In this document: one piece after another, positions 42,245 through 52,498 of the stretch | Layout of the letters: every line of letters starts with the position of its first letter | Numbering within the stretch: position 1 is the first letter of the stretch | DNA from: Chloroflexota bacterium | GTDB lineage: Bacteria; Chloroflexota; Limnocylindria; Limnocylindrales; CSP1-4 | DNA length: 64,000 nucleotides | Direction: 5' to 3' | NCBI GenBank assembly: GCA_003141955.1 | Contig: PLOC01000094.1 | Span: forward strand, 35,000 to 98,999 | Made by a program: the position numbers and the translations under genes | The notes under the pieces: model-generated | The model's database searches: none | Told to the model about the DNA's origin: nothing | The model's input: only the letters and a program-made list of their open reading frames with translations

Positions 42245-45200
42245 ATGCGCGACATGTTCGACGACTTTCTCGATGAGCTGCGCCGCCGCCAGGCCGAGCA
42301 GCGTCGCAAGAGCGGCGATTCGGGGACGGAGGGTGAATCTGATCCTGGTTCCGGGACGGACGCCCGGGCGGACGACCAGCCATCGACCGAAGGCTCACGG
42401 GAGGACACACCGGTGAATTCAAACGGAGCCGATTCCGACAATGGCGGAGATCGAGGCGACGAGGACCGGGGGGTCTTCCGAGGCGGTGGATACCGCGGTC
42501 CGCGCCGGCCTCGATCGGTGGGCTCGGACGGCGAGATGCCCGAGATCCACATTGGCCGAGGCTGGGTGATCCTGGGAATCACCATCGTGGCCGTCCTGAT
42601 TCTCCTGGGCCTCTTCCTATCTGTGGGCGTCGGCCTGTGGACGGACGCGATCTGGTTTCAGAGCGTCGGCTACGCGAGCGTCTTCTGGACGCAGGTGGGC
42701 TCTCAGCTCGGCCTCTTCGCCCTCGGCGCCATTGGCGGGTTCCTCGTCCTGTGGTTCAACCTCTGGCTGCCCGGCCGGGTCATTCCCAAGGGCGCGATGC
42801 GCCGGTTCTCGCTCGACGACTTCCTCGATCGCTTCAACCTCGATCGCTACGCCGGCGGCTACGGCGGCGGACCCTTCGGCGCTCCGCGCCGGCCCGGCTC
42901 CGGCCAGGGCGACGTCGAGATCCCGGACGTTGCCCGCCCGGTCTTCTGGGGCCTGCTCGGCCTGAGCGCGCTCGTCGCCCTCGGGCTCGGAGGCCTGCTC
43001 GCCGGCAACTGGACGACCGTCCAGTTGTTCATCCATCGCGTGCCGTTTGCTCAGACCGACCCTACCTTCGGCCTGAACATCGGCTTCTACGTCTTTGAAC
43101 TGCCGTTCTATCGTCTGATCCAGTCGTACGCAAACACCGTGCTTCTGCTATCGATCCTCCTGGCCGGCGCCCGCTACCTGGTAGCCGTGATCTCCGGCGC
43201 CTCGATGTCGACCGCGGCGCGCATCCATGTCGGCGTGCTCGTCATGCTGTTCCTGCTGTCGATCGCCGTCGGGTTCCAGCTCGACCGGTACTCGCTCGTA
43301 TACAGCGGCCAGAGCGGCATCTTCCAGGGAGCCAGCTACACCGACGTCAACGCCAGGGTCCTGGCCATCAACGTCATGACCGTCCTGGCCGCCTTTGCCG
43401 GGACCCTTTTCCTGCTCTTCTGCTGCACCCGCTGGTGGGTGCCGCTGACCCTGACCGTCGTCCTGTGGCTGGGCGCGTACGTCGCACTGGATTTCGCCTA
43501 CCCGCTCATCACCCAGCAGTTCGTCGTGGTTCCCAACCAGCAGACGCAGGAGACGCCCTACATCCAGAACAACATCGACATGACCCGGCTTGGGTTCAAC
43601 CTGACAGGCTGGACCAGCGTCGCATATCAACCGGGGGGGCCGAGCGGTCAGACGACGCTCACGGAGGCGTCGCTCGCAAACGAGCAATCCACCATCCAGA
43701 ACCTGCGCCTGTGGGACTACCGGCCGCTGGGCCCGACGCTCGACAACATGCAGCTGCTCCGGAACTATTACAGCTTCGGCGATGTCGACACGGACAGGTA
43801 CACCTTCACGTCCGCGGCTGCCTGCGCGCCCAACCCGGCGCCTTGCGTGCGCCAGGTGATGCTCGCCGGCCGTGAGCTCGATCCGTCCCAGGTCGCCAAC
43901 CTCAATAACGGCAACTCGAGCTGGGTCAACGTCCACCTCATCTACACCCACGGCATCGGACTGGCGATGCTGCCGGTAAACGAGGTCGTGCGCAGCAACA
44001 CCGGCCAGAGCGCGAACCCGGAGCTGGTCATCCAGAACGTGCCACCGGTGTCGTCGCCCGGCGCCCCCGTCGTCACTCAGCCGCGCATCTATTTCGGCAC
44101 ACAGGCGAGCGACTACGTGATCGTCGGCGGCGCAACTCAGGAATTCGACTATCCGTCGGCCTCGACGTCGGGCGATCAGTACTACAGCTGGCAGGGAACG
44201 ACCGGCATCAAGCTGGACACGCCGCTCACGAAGCTGCTCTTCGCCATCCGATTCGGCGACCTGAACCTCCTCATCAGCAACCAGGTCAGCAGCAACAGCC
44301 AGCTGCTCATGAATCGCTCCATTCAGCAGCGCGTCCAGGAGATAGCGCCGTATCTGCGTTACGACAAGGATCCGTACCTGGTCGTGACCTCGACCGGCCA
44401 GCTCGACTACATCCTCGACGCTTACACGACGACGGACGCCTTCCCGGACGCGAACACCTTCAACCCGGGCAGCGACCCGACGGCAACCGGCCTGGCGGGC
44501 GACCCGTTCAACTACATCCGCAACAGCGTCAAGGTGGTCATGAACGCCTACGACGGCACCATGACGTTCTACGTCGCGGATCCAAACGACCCGATCATCC
44601 AGGCCTGGGAAGGCGTCTTCCCGGCCGTCTACCACCCGCTCTCGGACATGTCGTCAGATCTGCAGGCGCACCTGCGCTACCCCGAAGACATGTTCGACGC
44701 CCAGACCAGCCAGTACGAGAAGTACCACGTCACCGATCCGGGCGTCTTCTACCAGGGCAACAACGTCTGGCAGGTGGCGCGCAACGCCGGCACGAGCGGC
44801 AGCAACGGCCCGCAGCAGCTTGGGCTCGAGGCGTACTACGTCGAGATGCAGGACCCGGGCCAGACAGGCGCCAGCAACTCTGAGTTCCTGCTGCTGCAGC
44901 CAATGGTTCCAAACGGCCGTCCCAACATGATTTCGTGGGTGGCCGCGCACAATGACCCGGCGACGTATGGCCAAGTCACCGTCTACGACTTCCCGAGCAG
45001 CTCAACGATCTACGGGCCGGCGCAGATGAGCGCCTTGATTCTGCAAAACCCGGTCATCAGCCAGCAGGTCACTCTGTGGTCACAACAGGGCAGCACTGTG
45101 ATCATGGGCAACCTGCTCGTCGTGCCACTTCAGGATTCAATCCTGTACGTGCAACCGGTATACATGTCGTCCAACAGCAACCCGCTGCCGGTGCTGCAGA

Positions 45201-45565
45201 AAGTGATCGTCGCCACGCCCAGTCAGATCGTCTGGGACGACACGCTGCAGGGAGCGCTGACGGCGCTCGTCAGCGGCAACGGCCAGTCTCCGGGCACCTC
45301 GCCTTCTCCGGGGGCTTCACCCGGATCGTCGCCCAGCCCGAGCATCGCCCCAACGCCCGGCGGCTCGCCAACCGCCGTTCCGAGCTTCACGCTCACCGGG
45401 ACGACTCAGCAGCTGATCGCCGAGGCCAACCAGCACTATGAACTGGCTCAGCAGGCCCTGCACAACGGCGACCTGGCCACCTATCAGCAAGAGATGAATA
45501 CGGTCGGCCAGATCCTCGCCCAGCTCCAGGTCCAGTTGGGCACGCCCGCGCCCTCGGGGAACTGA
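42245..45565 (+). CDS. UPF0182 family large membrane protein
   Basis: 1106 aa. After an acidic/basic N-terminal extension comes the typical UPF0182 opening (WTDAIWFQSVGYASVFWTQV...), about 7 TM spans, and a large extracytoplasmic domain. TAAACT ends 6 nt before the ATG, so the transcript may be leaderless. Confidence 0.88.
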   Translation: MRDMFDDFLDELRRRQAEQRRKSGDSGTEGESDPGSGTDARADDQPSTEGSREDTPVNSNGADSDNGGDRGDEDRGVFRGGGYRGPRRPRSVGSDGEMPEIHIGRGWVILGITIVAVLILLGLFLSVGVGLWTDAIWFQSVGYASVFWTQVGSQLGLFALGAIGGFLVLWFNLWLPGRVIPKGAMRRFSLDDFLDRFNLDRYAGGYGGGPFGAPRRPGSGQGDVEIPDVARPVFWGLLGLSALVALGLGGLLAGNWTTVQLFIHRVPFAQTDPTFGLNIGFYVFELPFYRLIQSYANTVLLLSILLAGARYLVAVISGASMSTAARIHVGVLVMLFLLSIAVGFQLDRYSLVYSGQSGIFQGASYTDVNARVLAINVMTVLAAFAGTLFLLFCCTRWWVPLTLTVVLWLGAYVALDFAYPLITQQFVVVPNQQTQETPYIQNNIDMTRLGFNLTGWTSVAYQPGGPSGQTTLTEASLANEQSTIQNLRLWDYRPLGPTLDNMQLLRNYYSFGDVDTDRYTFTSAAACAPNPAPCVRQVMLAGRELDPSQVANLNNGNSSWVNVHLIYTHGIGLAMLPVNEVVRSNTGQSANPELVIQNVPPVSSPGAPVVTQPRIYFGTQASDYVIVGGATQEFDYPSASTSGDQYYSWQGTTGIKLDTPLTKLLFAIRFGDLNLLISNQVSSNSQLLMNRSIQQRVQEIAPYLRYDKDPYLVVTSTGQLDYILDAYTTTDAFPDANTFNPGSDPTATGLAGDPFNYIRNSVKVVMNAYDGTMTFYVADPNDPIIQAWEGVFPAVYHPLSDMSSDLQAHLRYPEDMFDAQTSQYEKYHVTDPGVFYQGNNVWQVARNAGTSGSNGPQQLGLEAYYVEMQDPGQTGASNSEFLLLQPMVPNGRPNMISWVAAHNDPATYGQVTVYDFPSSSTIYGPAQMSALILQNPVISQQVTLWSQQGSTVIMGNLLVVPLQDSILYVQPVYMSSNSNPLPVLQKVIVATPSQIVWDDTLQGALTALVSGNGQSPGTSPSPGASPGSSPSPSIAPTPGGSPTAVPSFTLTGTTQQLIAEANQHYELAQQALHNGDLATYQQEMNTVGQILAQLQVQLGTPAPSGN

Positions 45566-45569
45566 CTGA

Positions 45570-46595
45570 GTGACCGCGCCAGGCGAAGGGCTCGAGCCGC
45601 GACGTGCCGGCCGTGCCAGGCGCCTGGCACGGGCTCTTGGCTTCGGCCTGACGCACGGCGAGGCGTCGATGGTGGCGCTGGCGGGATTCCTGCTGCGAGG
45701 CGGGATCGTCCTGCTGGCGCTGCCGAGCGTCATCCTGCCATCGGTCATCGGCATTGCCAGCGTGACGGGCGTGGATGCCATCTCGATCGCCGGGCAGCCC
45801 ACGACCTGGCTCGTCGAGCTGATCGCGCTTGCCATCGTCGCCACGATTACGTGGCTGGCGGTGGCGAGTCTGGTCGGCTCGCTCACCGATTTCTGGCTCA
45901 TCCAGATGACGCTGGAACCGGGTGACGAGCGGAGGCAGGAGGGCGTTCCGCTCCCGCGGATGTCGCTTCTGTTGCAGCTCGCGGCCATCCGAATGATCTG
46001 CCTGGTGCCTCTTGCGGTCGCGCTCTCCTGGGCCGCAACGCGCATCTTCAACGCCACCTATGACGAACTCACGACACCGAGCAACCTGACGTCGCCATTG
46101 CCATTGAGGGTGGTCTTGGCCGCCGGCGATGCCGTCGCGGTTGTGGTCCTGGTCTGGCTCGCGGCGGAGACGACCGCCGCGATCGCCGTCCGGCGCGAGG
46201 TCCTGGCCGGTGGCGGAGCCTGGCGGTCGGTCCTTGGCGCCGCAGTCGAGATCGTTCACCGGCCGATCTCGACCCTGCTGACGGTGGTGGTCTCGCATGT
46301 GACGAGCGCCGTGGCGATCGGCCTGGCCCTGGTTGGCACCTCGACAGCCTTCGACTGGTGCCGGATTGCCGCCAGGAACCAGGATCGGGTCACCTTCGCC
46401 CTGGCGACTCTGGCCCTGGCGGTAGCGTGGGTTGCGGCCCTGGCCGTCTCCGCGGTGACTTCGGCCTGGCGGAGCGCTGCCTTCACCGGCGAGGTCGCAG
46501 ATGCTCTGCCTGCAACGTCCGCGCGAGCCGGCGAGGCTCCTCAGCGGAGCGGGTTGGGACTATCGGGCGCGGCGGGAGAGAGATCGGGGGATTGA
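45570..46595 (+). CDS. Hypothetical polytopic membrane protein
   Basis: GTG start 4 nt after the UPF0182 stop. 341 aa with about 7 hydrophobic spans. No recognisable motif. Confidence 0.7.
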   Translation: MTAPGEGLEPRRAGRARRLARALGFGLTHGEASMVALAGFLLRGGIVLLALPSVILPSVIGIASVTGVDAISIAGQPTTWLVELIALAIVATITWLAVASLVGSLTDFWLIQMTLEPGDERRQEGVPLPRMSLLLQLAAIRMICLVPLAVALSWAATRIFNATYDELTTPSNLTSPLPLRVVLAAGDAVAVVVLVWLAAETTAAIAVRREVLAGGGAWRSVLGAAVEIVHRPISTLLTVVVSHVTSAVAIGLALVGTSTAFDWCRIAARNQDRVTFALATLALAVAWVAALAVSAVTSAWRSAAFTGEVADALPATSARAGEAPQRSGLGLSGAAGERSGD

Positions 46596-46666
46596 CCCAA
46601 CCCTCGAGCGCGCAGGAACCTCGCCGATGCGGGAATTCCCGCATCTGGCCCGAAGCGGAGGCCGGC

Positions 46667-47782
46667 ATGGTCGAGCCCGCGGTCTGCAAGAGTTGTTCAG
46701 CCCCGATCACGCCCGGGGACGACTTCTGTCCCCGTTGCGGTGTCGTGCTGGCTACGACGGAAGCGGCGACGGGGCAGTCCGTGATAGAGTCGGCGTCCGG
46801 GCCGTTCGAGGAGGCCGCCGCGCCATCCGGGCCGGAGGACCCGCGGGCCCACGTCCCAGAGGGCTGGCCGGTCGACATCGAAGGAGTGCAGCGCAGCACA
46901 GCGCGGGACACCGCCGCCAGGGCGGCGGCCGCGGCCCGGGAGGCAGTGTCCCAGGCAGCCGCCGAGAAGGCAGCCGCCGTGAACGCGGCCCCAGACGAGG
47001 AAGCGGAAACGGACCCCGGGGCGACATCGGGGCCCACGCCCGAGCCGGTTGCGCAGGACGGCGGCGGGATCTCGGACCGAATCCTGACGCCCTCCGTCAG
47101 TCACCGGACGCTCGGCTCCATCGGCGCCGGGAGACCTGCCGGCGCCGTCGCGGGCTGGAACCCGGTTCAGGCCGCGACCCCGGCTTCGGGTCCGACGCCA
47201 GCTCTTGCACCGGCTCCCGACACACGGCCGGTCGAGGGCCGCTCCGGCGCGGTCGTCGTGGGGGCGATGCCACCTGCGTCGCCGACGGTGCCGTTGACCA
47301 CGTCGGATAGGATCAAGGCCACTCTCGCTTCCATCGCGGCGGAGCCCAAAGCCGAGCTGGCAGCCACGGGCCTGACCGCGCTCGGCGGCGCGTTCGCACT
47401 GGTCAGCTTCGCGCTGCCCTGGGCGGGCGACAACGGCCTGGGCGTCGGCACGGTCGACATCCATCCGCGGGCGGGGGCGTGGGCGTTCGACACGGCCGCC
47501 GGCTGGCCGCTGTTCCTGATCGCCGCCGTCCTGCTGGCCGCGATCCTGGCCAGCGACAAGCTGGAGGAACTGATGCCGGCGCTGGCGCCTACCATCAGAC
47601 GCCTGACCGAATCGGCGATCCCGATGCTCCTGGGTGGGATCCTGCTCGGCGTTGGCCTGCTCTACCTGACGCTCCCATGGGGATGCGGCGGGGGCATCAC
47701 TCTTCTGACGCTGGGCGCCATCCTGCTGATCGCCGGTTCGATCGTCGGGCTCTTCTTCCCCGCCGCAGCGCGGAGAACCTGA
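46667..47782 (+). CDS. Zinc-ribbon / disordered linker / 4-TM membrane protein
   Basis: Start MVEPAVCKSC after GGAGG (aa 104 of the track ORF). N-terminal ribbon CKSCSAPITPGDDFCPRCG, a ~220-aa Ala/Pro-rich linker, and C-terminal hydrophobic helices. Confidence 0.7.
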   Translation: MVEPAVCKSCSAPITPGDDFCPRCGVVLATTEAATGQSVIESASGPFEEAAAPSGPEDPRAHVPEGWPVDIEGVQRSTARDTAARAAAAAREAVSQAAAEKAAAVNAAPDEEAETDPGATSGPTPEPVAQDGGGISDRILTPSVSHRTLGSIGAGRPAGAVAGWNPVQAATPASGPTPALAPAPDTRPVEGRSGAVVVGAMPPASPTVPLTTSDRIKATLASIAAEPKAELAATGLTALGGAFALVSFALPWAGDNGLGVGTVDIHPRAGAWAFDTAAGWPLFLIAAVLLAAILASDKLEELMPALAPTIRRLTESAIPMLLGGILLGVGLLYLTLPWGCGGGITLLTLGAILLIAGSIVGLFFPAAARRT

Positions 47783-47890
47783 TCCGCTCCGCTCGCGGCA
47801 AGGTGGATCTCCGGGGGTCGAACGGCCGTCACCGGGCGGCGACGTTGGCCGTCACAGGCCCGCACAGCCGCGGTCGGGTGTTTCGACCCT

Positions 47891-47898
47891 GGTAGACT
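47891..47898 (+). promoter_or_regulatory. Candidate -10 element GGTAGACT
   Basis: One-mismatch variant of GGTAGAAT, 68 nt upstream of ATG 47966. Confidence 0.3.
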
Positions 47899-47965
47899 TC
47901 AATGGCCCCTTCCCGGTTCGATCGGACGCCTCGAAGGGCGAATCGGAGAAAGCGGATCACTCTCC

Positions 47966-48577
47966 ATGACTGACCCGATGGGTGCACTAGGCGGAGCGAT
48001 GAGCGCGTTTTTCGCGAACGCGGTCGTCCAGCTGGTCCTCTACGCCACCTTCTTCTACATGATCCTGCTCTGGATCGCGGCGGCGTACTGGGCGTTCCGA
48101 GACATGCGGGACCGGACCGAGAATCCGCTTCTCCCGTTCCTCGCGACTGGCCTGATAATCCTGTTCCTGCCCTTCCTCTTCCCTCTGGGCATCGTGGTCT
48201 ATCGAGTCGTTCGCCCACCGGAACGGCTGGGCGACGTGTACGAGCGCAATCTCGCCGAAGAGGCTCTGCTCGCCGAGGTCGAGGCGATCAAGACCTGCCG
48301 CATGTGCGACCGTCGCGTCGACGCCGAATGGATCATCTGCCCCTGGTGCCGCCAGCGTCTCAAGCGCGTCTGCCCCAACTGCGAGCGGCTGGTCGGGCTC
48401 GACTGGTCTCTGTGCGCATGGTGCGGCAAGGACTTCGAGCGGCCCGCCGTCGAGCGCGTTCCTCAGGCGGCGGCCAATCCGGCTCCTGTGTCTGCGCCCG
48501 CCGTCAGTTCCGCGGGCAGCGTCGTGCCTCGGCCGGCAGGTGGGATAGTTCCGGGTGAGTCCGTTGTCGGCCGCTGA
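47966..48577 (+). CDS. Two-TM (PLDc_N-like) membrane protein with a C-terminal double zinc ribbon
   Basis: MILLWIAAAYWAFRDMRDR fits the small PLD-N-terminal-type membrane domain. Then CRMCDRRV...CPWCRQRL..CPNCERLV...CAWCG (four CxxC). Confidence 0.8.
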   Translation: MTDPMGALGGAMSAFFANAVVQLVLYATFFYMILLWIAAAYWAFRDMRDRTENPLLPFLATGLIILFLPFLFPLGIVVYRVVRPPERLGDVYERNLAEEALLAEVEAIKTCRMCDRRVDAEWIICPWCRQRLKRVCPNCERLVGLDWSLCAWCGKDFERPAVERVPQAAANPAPVSAPAVSSAGSVVPRPAGGIVPGESVVGR

Positions 48578-48611
48578 CGGCCGAGTCGAGGACTGACGAG
48601 CAAGCCCCACG

Positions 48612-50090
48612 ATGACGGTCGATCAGCCGCCAGGGGATTCCGTGGGTGAGGCGTTCGCAAGCCCCCAGTCGACCCCGACGCCACCGGTACCCGAGATCCC
48701 GCAGGGGGCCCCGAGCCCACCTCCCGCGACGCCCGGGGCGATCCAGCCAGCCCCAGCCCCGCTTCCGCCGGGTTACGCGCCGGGTGCGGCGGCCTACGGG
48801 CCTCCGGGATTCGGACCCTGGACGTCCGGCCCGGTCCCGGGCCAGGCCTGGCCGCCGGGCTACGGCTGGCCGCCCGCTTATGGAGCGCCGCCGGGCTACG
48901 GCTGGCCGCCGGGCTACGGCTGGCCGCCGGGCTACGGCTGGCCGAGCCCGTGGACCTATCCATATCCGTACCCGCCCTGGGGCTACGGCCCACCGCCCCC
49001 GGCAGAGGCTCCGGGGCGCTTGCATCCGCCCGTGCCGCCCAGAAGGATCCACTCCCTCCAGGGGCGGGCGGCACCGCGCATGTACGCCGCCGGGTGGTTC
49101 CTCTCGCTCCTCGGCCTGGGCACGCTGATAGCGATCCTCGCCGCGGGCTACGCCGGGATCGCCGGCGGCGTCTCGGGCCCCGCCGCCGTTTCCGTGTTCG
49201 AGCTGGCCCTCGTCCCCCTCTCTGTCGGGCTCGCGGCCGCGTCACTGGCCCAGGGCAGTCAGCGCCGCGCCGACGGCTGGCTGGACTACTTCGGGCCGTC
49301 GCCGTTCCTCGTCGTGCTGGCGTGGCTCTCCCTGTCGCTGGCGGCTGAGCTTGTCGTCGTCGCCGCCTTGGATTTCGTCGGGATCAACCTGGCGACATCG
49401 GTCGAGACGCTGCTCGTCCTCCTGCTCAACCTCGGCTGCTACGGGGCGCTCGTCCACATCGTCGCGGTTCGACCGGGCGCCCTCTCGTGGCGGGACATCG
49501 TTCGGCCGCGGAGGCTTGCCCCTGATCCCAGCGACTGGTCGTTCTCCAACGCCTGGAGCGCGCCGGCTGGAGAGGCCGGCGCTGGTGCTAAGGCACTTGG
49601 CGGCGACATCGCGCTCGGGCTCGCCCTGGCGATTCCGGTGTTGATCGCGACGCTGGTCTTCGCCGGAATTCTGGCCGTCATCCTGGGAGTCCAGAGCACC
49701 GACGTTTCCGAACCCATCCCGACGCTCTTCCCGGGCTGGGATCTATGGATCACCCTCCTGTCGCTGGCAGTCGTTGCGCCGATCGGCGAGGAGATCTTCT
49801 TTCGGGGCTTCGCCACCAACGCCTGGGCTCGGTCGCTCAAGCGCAACGACGCGATCATTCGGGCCGCCGTCTTCTTCGCCTGCATCCACATCATCAACCT
49901 GGTCGGCGCCGTCGACACGGATGTGTTCATCCGGGCGGCGATCCTCGCCGTGGCCGCCCGAATCCCCGTGGCCTGGTTGCTGGCGTGGATCTACACGCGG
50001 CGGCGCTCGATCTTCGCCTCGATGGCTCTTCATGGGGCCTACAACGGGACCCTCGTCCTCCTGATCTGGTGGATCAGCACAGTCCGGTAA
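48612..50090 (+). CDS. CPBP family intramembrane glutamic endopeptidase (CAAX protease/Abi) with Pro/Gly/Tyr/Trp-repeat N-terminus
   Basis: Catalytic motifs [17 protein letters not shown] and LHGAYNG in the last ~150 aa. Multiple TM spans. The N-terminal 150 aa are rich in PPGYGW repeats. Confidence 0.88.
   Translation: MTVDQPPGDSVGEAFASPQSTPTPPVPEIPQGAPSPPPATPGAIQPAPAPLPPGYAPGAAAYGPPGFGPWTSGPVPGQAWPPGYGWPPAYGAPPGYGWPPGYGWPPGYGWPSPWTYPYPYPPWGYGPPPPAEAPGRLHPPVPPRRIHSLQGRAAPRMYAAGWFLSLLGLGTLIAILAAGYAGIAGGVSGPAAVSVFELALVPLSVGLAAASLAQGSQRRADGWLDYFGPSPFLVVLAWLSLSLAAELVVVAALDFVGINLATSVETLLVLLLNLGCYGALVHIVAVRPGALSWRDIVRPRRLAPDPSDWSFSNAWSAPAGEAGAGAKALGGDIALGLALAIPVLIATLVFAGILAVILGVQSTDVSEPIPTLFPGWDLWITLLSLAVVAPIGEEIFFRGFATNAWARSLKRNDAIIRAAVFFACIHIINLVGAVDTDVFIRAAILAVAARIPVAWLLAWIYTRRRSIFASMALHGAYNGTLVLLIWWISTVR
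48849..48938 (+). repeat. 18-nt in-frame tandem repeat (5 units) encoding WPPGYG
   Basis: tggccgccgggctacggc occurs 3 times exactly (units 1, 4 and 5), with two diverged units between. It translates to [30 protein letters not shown]. Confidence 0.9.
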
Positions 50091-50416
50091 TCCGGCGTTG
50101 AGCGCGGGTTCACGGATGGCCGATTGCATCCTGGCGCTTGCCCGATGGTTTAGCCGCAGTTGGTCCGCAGATAAGCGGCCGGGTCTAGGCTCGTCTGGTT
50201 CCCGGAGCCCGATGGCGGGGGGAATCGGCGGGCTTCCGTCGTTTGGCTCCGGGAGCGGTGAGTCAGGCCCGCTCCGCCCCGACCAGCAGGACGTCAAACG
50301 TGGAACCGGGAGAGTCAGGGCCACAAACAGTGGGGCCGACGCGGCCGCGAGCGCACCTCCGGAGCGACCGCCGGCGCCAGGTGCGAGCAGCCGAGCGACC
50401 GATCTCGGGGATCGGC

Positions 50417-51094
50417 ATGGTGCCCGTCAGGGAGCGGCCCCGCGAGCGCCTGGCGATGCACGGCGCCGCAGCCCTGAGCGCGGCGGAGCTGATCGGCGTG
50501 CTGTGGGGATCCGGCACGCGCGGTGCCACGGCCGTGGACGCGGCCTCGGACGCGCTGCGGCGGCACGAGGGGCTCGTCGGGCTGGCACGCGCCACGGACG
50601 TCGAGCTGGAGGCGGTGCCCGGGGTCGGTCCGGTCCGTGCCGCCCAGCTGGCCGCCGCCTTCGAGCTGGGCCGGCGGGTAGTTACCGACTGGCCCCAGGG
50701 TCGCTGGACGGTGCGAGCGCCGCGCGACGTTGGCGAGCGGCTCGTGCCCCAGATGGGTTTCCTGGAGCGGGAGGAACTGCGCGTCGTGCTCATGAACACG
50801 CGCAACGCGGTCCTTCGGCTTGTCACCGTGTACCAGGGCAATGTGTCATCGAGCCTGGTGAGGGTCGGCGAGCTCTTCCGCGACGCCGTCCGCCTCAACG
50901 CGGCGGGCTTGATTCTCGTCCACAACCACCCTTCCGGGGACCCAACGCCGAGCCCGGACGACCTCCGTCTCACGGCAGAGGCGCTGGCCGCCGGTCGACT
51001 GCTGGACATCCAGCTGCTCGACCACCTCATCGTTGCCGGCGACGGCTTCGTCTCCCTGCGCGACCGCGGAGTCGCCTTCGATCGCCCCTCGTAG
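50417..51094 (+). CDS. radC: RadC-family JAB/MPN domain protein (UPF0758)
   Basis: Start [12 protein letters not shown] (aa 59 of the track ORF). HhH region [19 protein letters not shown] motif [17 protein letters not shown]. Confidence 0.9.
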   Translation: MVPVRERPRERLAMHGAAALSAAELIGVLWGSGTRGATAVDAASDALRRHEGLVGLARATDVELEAVPGVGPVRAAQLAAAFELGRRVVTDWPQGRWTVRAPRDVGERLVPQMGFLEREELRVVLMNTRNAVLRLVTVYQGNVSSSLVRVGELFRDAVRLNAAGLILVHNHPSGDPTPSPDDLRLTAEALAAGRLLDIQLLDHLIVAGDGFVSLRDRGVAFDRPS

Positions 51095-51235
51095 GTCGCC
51101 GACTCGCCGGAGAAGTGGCGCGTGGCAGACCCGGAGACTCTCGTTCGAGCGTCGAGCGCTCTCCCCACGGAGCTCCTGCCAGCAGCCCGGCGGCAGGCCG
51201 TCCAGCTCGCGTCAGACCCTTGCGCCACTCATGCG

Positions 51236-51243
51236 GGTATACT
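51236..51243 (+). promoter_or_regulatory. Candidate -10 element GGTATACT upstream of mreB
   Basis: Variant of GGTAGAAT, 172 nt upstream of the mreB ATG. CTTGCG lies upstream, but the spacing is not canonical. Confidence 0.3.
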
Positions 51244-51414
51244 GCACGGGCTTCCCAGGGTCAAAGCGGGCGAATCTACGGTCCCGCACCCTTGACGGGA
51301 GCCACCAGAGTCCGAGACGACGCCACCCTCTCGGTCGCCTGGATCACAAAGGCTGGCAGCCCCGTTCCCCGTCTCTCGGGGACCAGCACGACGAGGAAGG
51401 AACCGCCTCGAATC

Positions 51415-52473
51415 ATGTTCGGCGTCCACAGCTTTTTAGGCCTGTTCTCGCGTGACATCGGCATAGACCTGGGCACGGCCAACACCCTCGTCCACGTCCG
51501 CGACCGAGGCATCGTCATCAGCGAGCCGAGTGTCGTCGCGATGGAGGCCAAGACCAAGCGGGTCCTGGCAGTCGGCGCCGAGGCCAAGCGCATGGTTGGC
51601 CGCACCCCGGCGAGCATCATCGCGGTTCGACCGCTGCGCGACGGCGTCATCAGCGACTTCGACGTCACCCAGCAGATGATCGCGTACTTCGTGCGCAAGG
51701 TTCACGACCGCATCGGCATGGTGCCCCGGCCGCGAATGCTGATCGGCATCCCGTCGGGCGTCACCGAAGTCGAGAAGCGCGCCGTGCGTGACGCGGCCAT
51801 GAACGCCGGGGCCCGCTGGGCCGGCTTGATCGAAGAGCCGATGGCCGCCGCGATCGGCGCCGGCCTGCCGATCAACGAGCCCACCGGCAGCATGATCGTC
51901 GACATCGGCGGGGGCACGACGGAAGTGGCCGTCATCAGCCTCGGCGGCATCGTCATCAGCCGCAGCATCCGCGTCGGTGGCGATGAGATGGACACCGACA
52001 TAGTCGCCTACGCCCGGCGCGAGTACAACCTCTTCCTCGGTGAGCGCTCGGCCGAGGACATCAAGATCTCGATCGGATCGGCCAGCCCGGGCGAGTGGGA
52101 CACGCAGCGCGTCACTCTCCGCGGCCGCGACCTGTTGACCGGCCTGCCGCGCAGCGTCGAGGTTGGCGGCGAGCAGATCCGCGAAGCCATCGAACCGTCG
52201 CTGGCGCTCATCGTGGAGACGATCAAGGACACGATCGAGGAAACGCCCCCGGAGCTGATCGCCGACATCATGGACCAGGGCATCGTGCTGGCGGGCGGTG
52301 GCGCGCTCCTTCAGGGGCTGGACCACCGTGTAGCCGAAGTCACGCAGATGCCCGTCCACGTGGCCAACGACCCTTTGACCTGCGTCGTCCGTGGAACCGG
52401 TGTCGTGCTCGAGGAGCTCGACATCATGGAAGAAGTACTCGTGGCGGACACCTACGCCCGCCCGCCGCGCTGA
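51415..52473 (+). CDS. mreB: Rod-shape-determining actin homologue MreB
   Basis: The ATG follows GGAAGGA. Motifs: [45 protein letters not shown]. It is the last 352 aa of the 791-aa track ORF 50098..52473. Confidence 0.96.
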   Translation: MFGVHSFLGLFSRDIGIDLGTANTLVHVRDRGIVISEPSVVAMEAKTKRVLAVGAEAKRMVGRTPASIIAVRPLRDGVISDFDVTQQMIAYFVRKVHDRIGMVPRPRMLIGIPSGVTEVEKRAVRDAAMNAGARWAGLIEEPMAAAIGAGLPINEPTGSMIVDIGGGTTEVAVISLGGIVISRSIRVGGDEMDTDIVAYARREYNLFLGERSAEDIKISIGSASPGEWDTQRVTLRGRDLLTGLPRSVEVGGEQIREAIEPSLALIVETIKDTIEETPPELIADIMDQGIVLAGGGALLQGLDHRVAEVTQMPVHVANDPLTCVVRGTGVVLEELDIMEEVLVADTYARPPR

Positions 52474-52498
52474 GCAGTCGCGCGGCCCTCCTGGCCAG

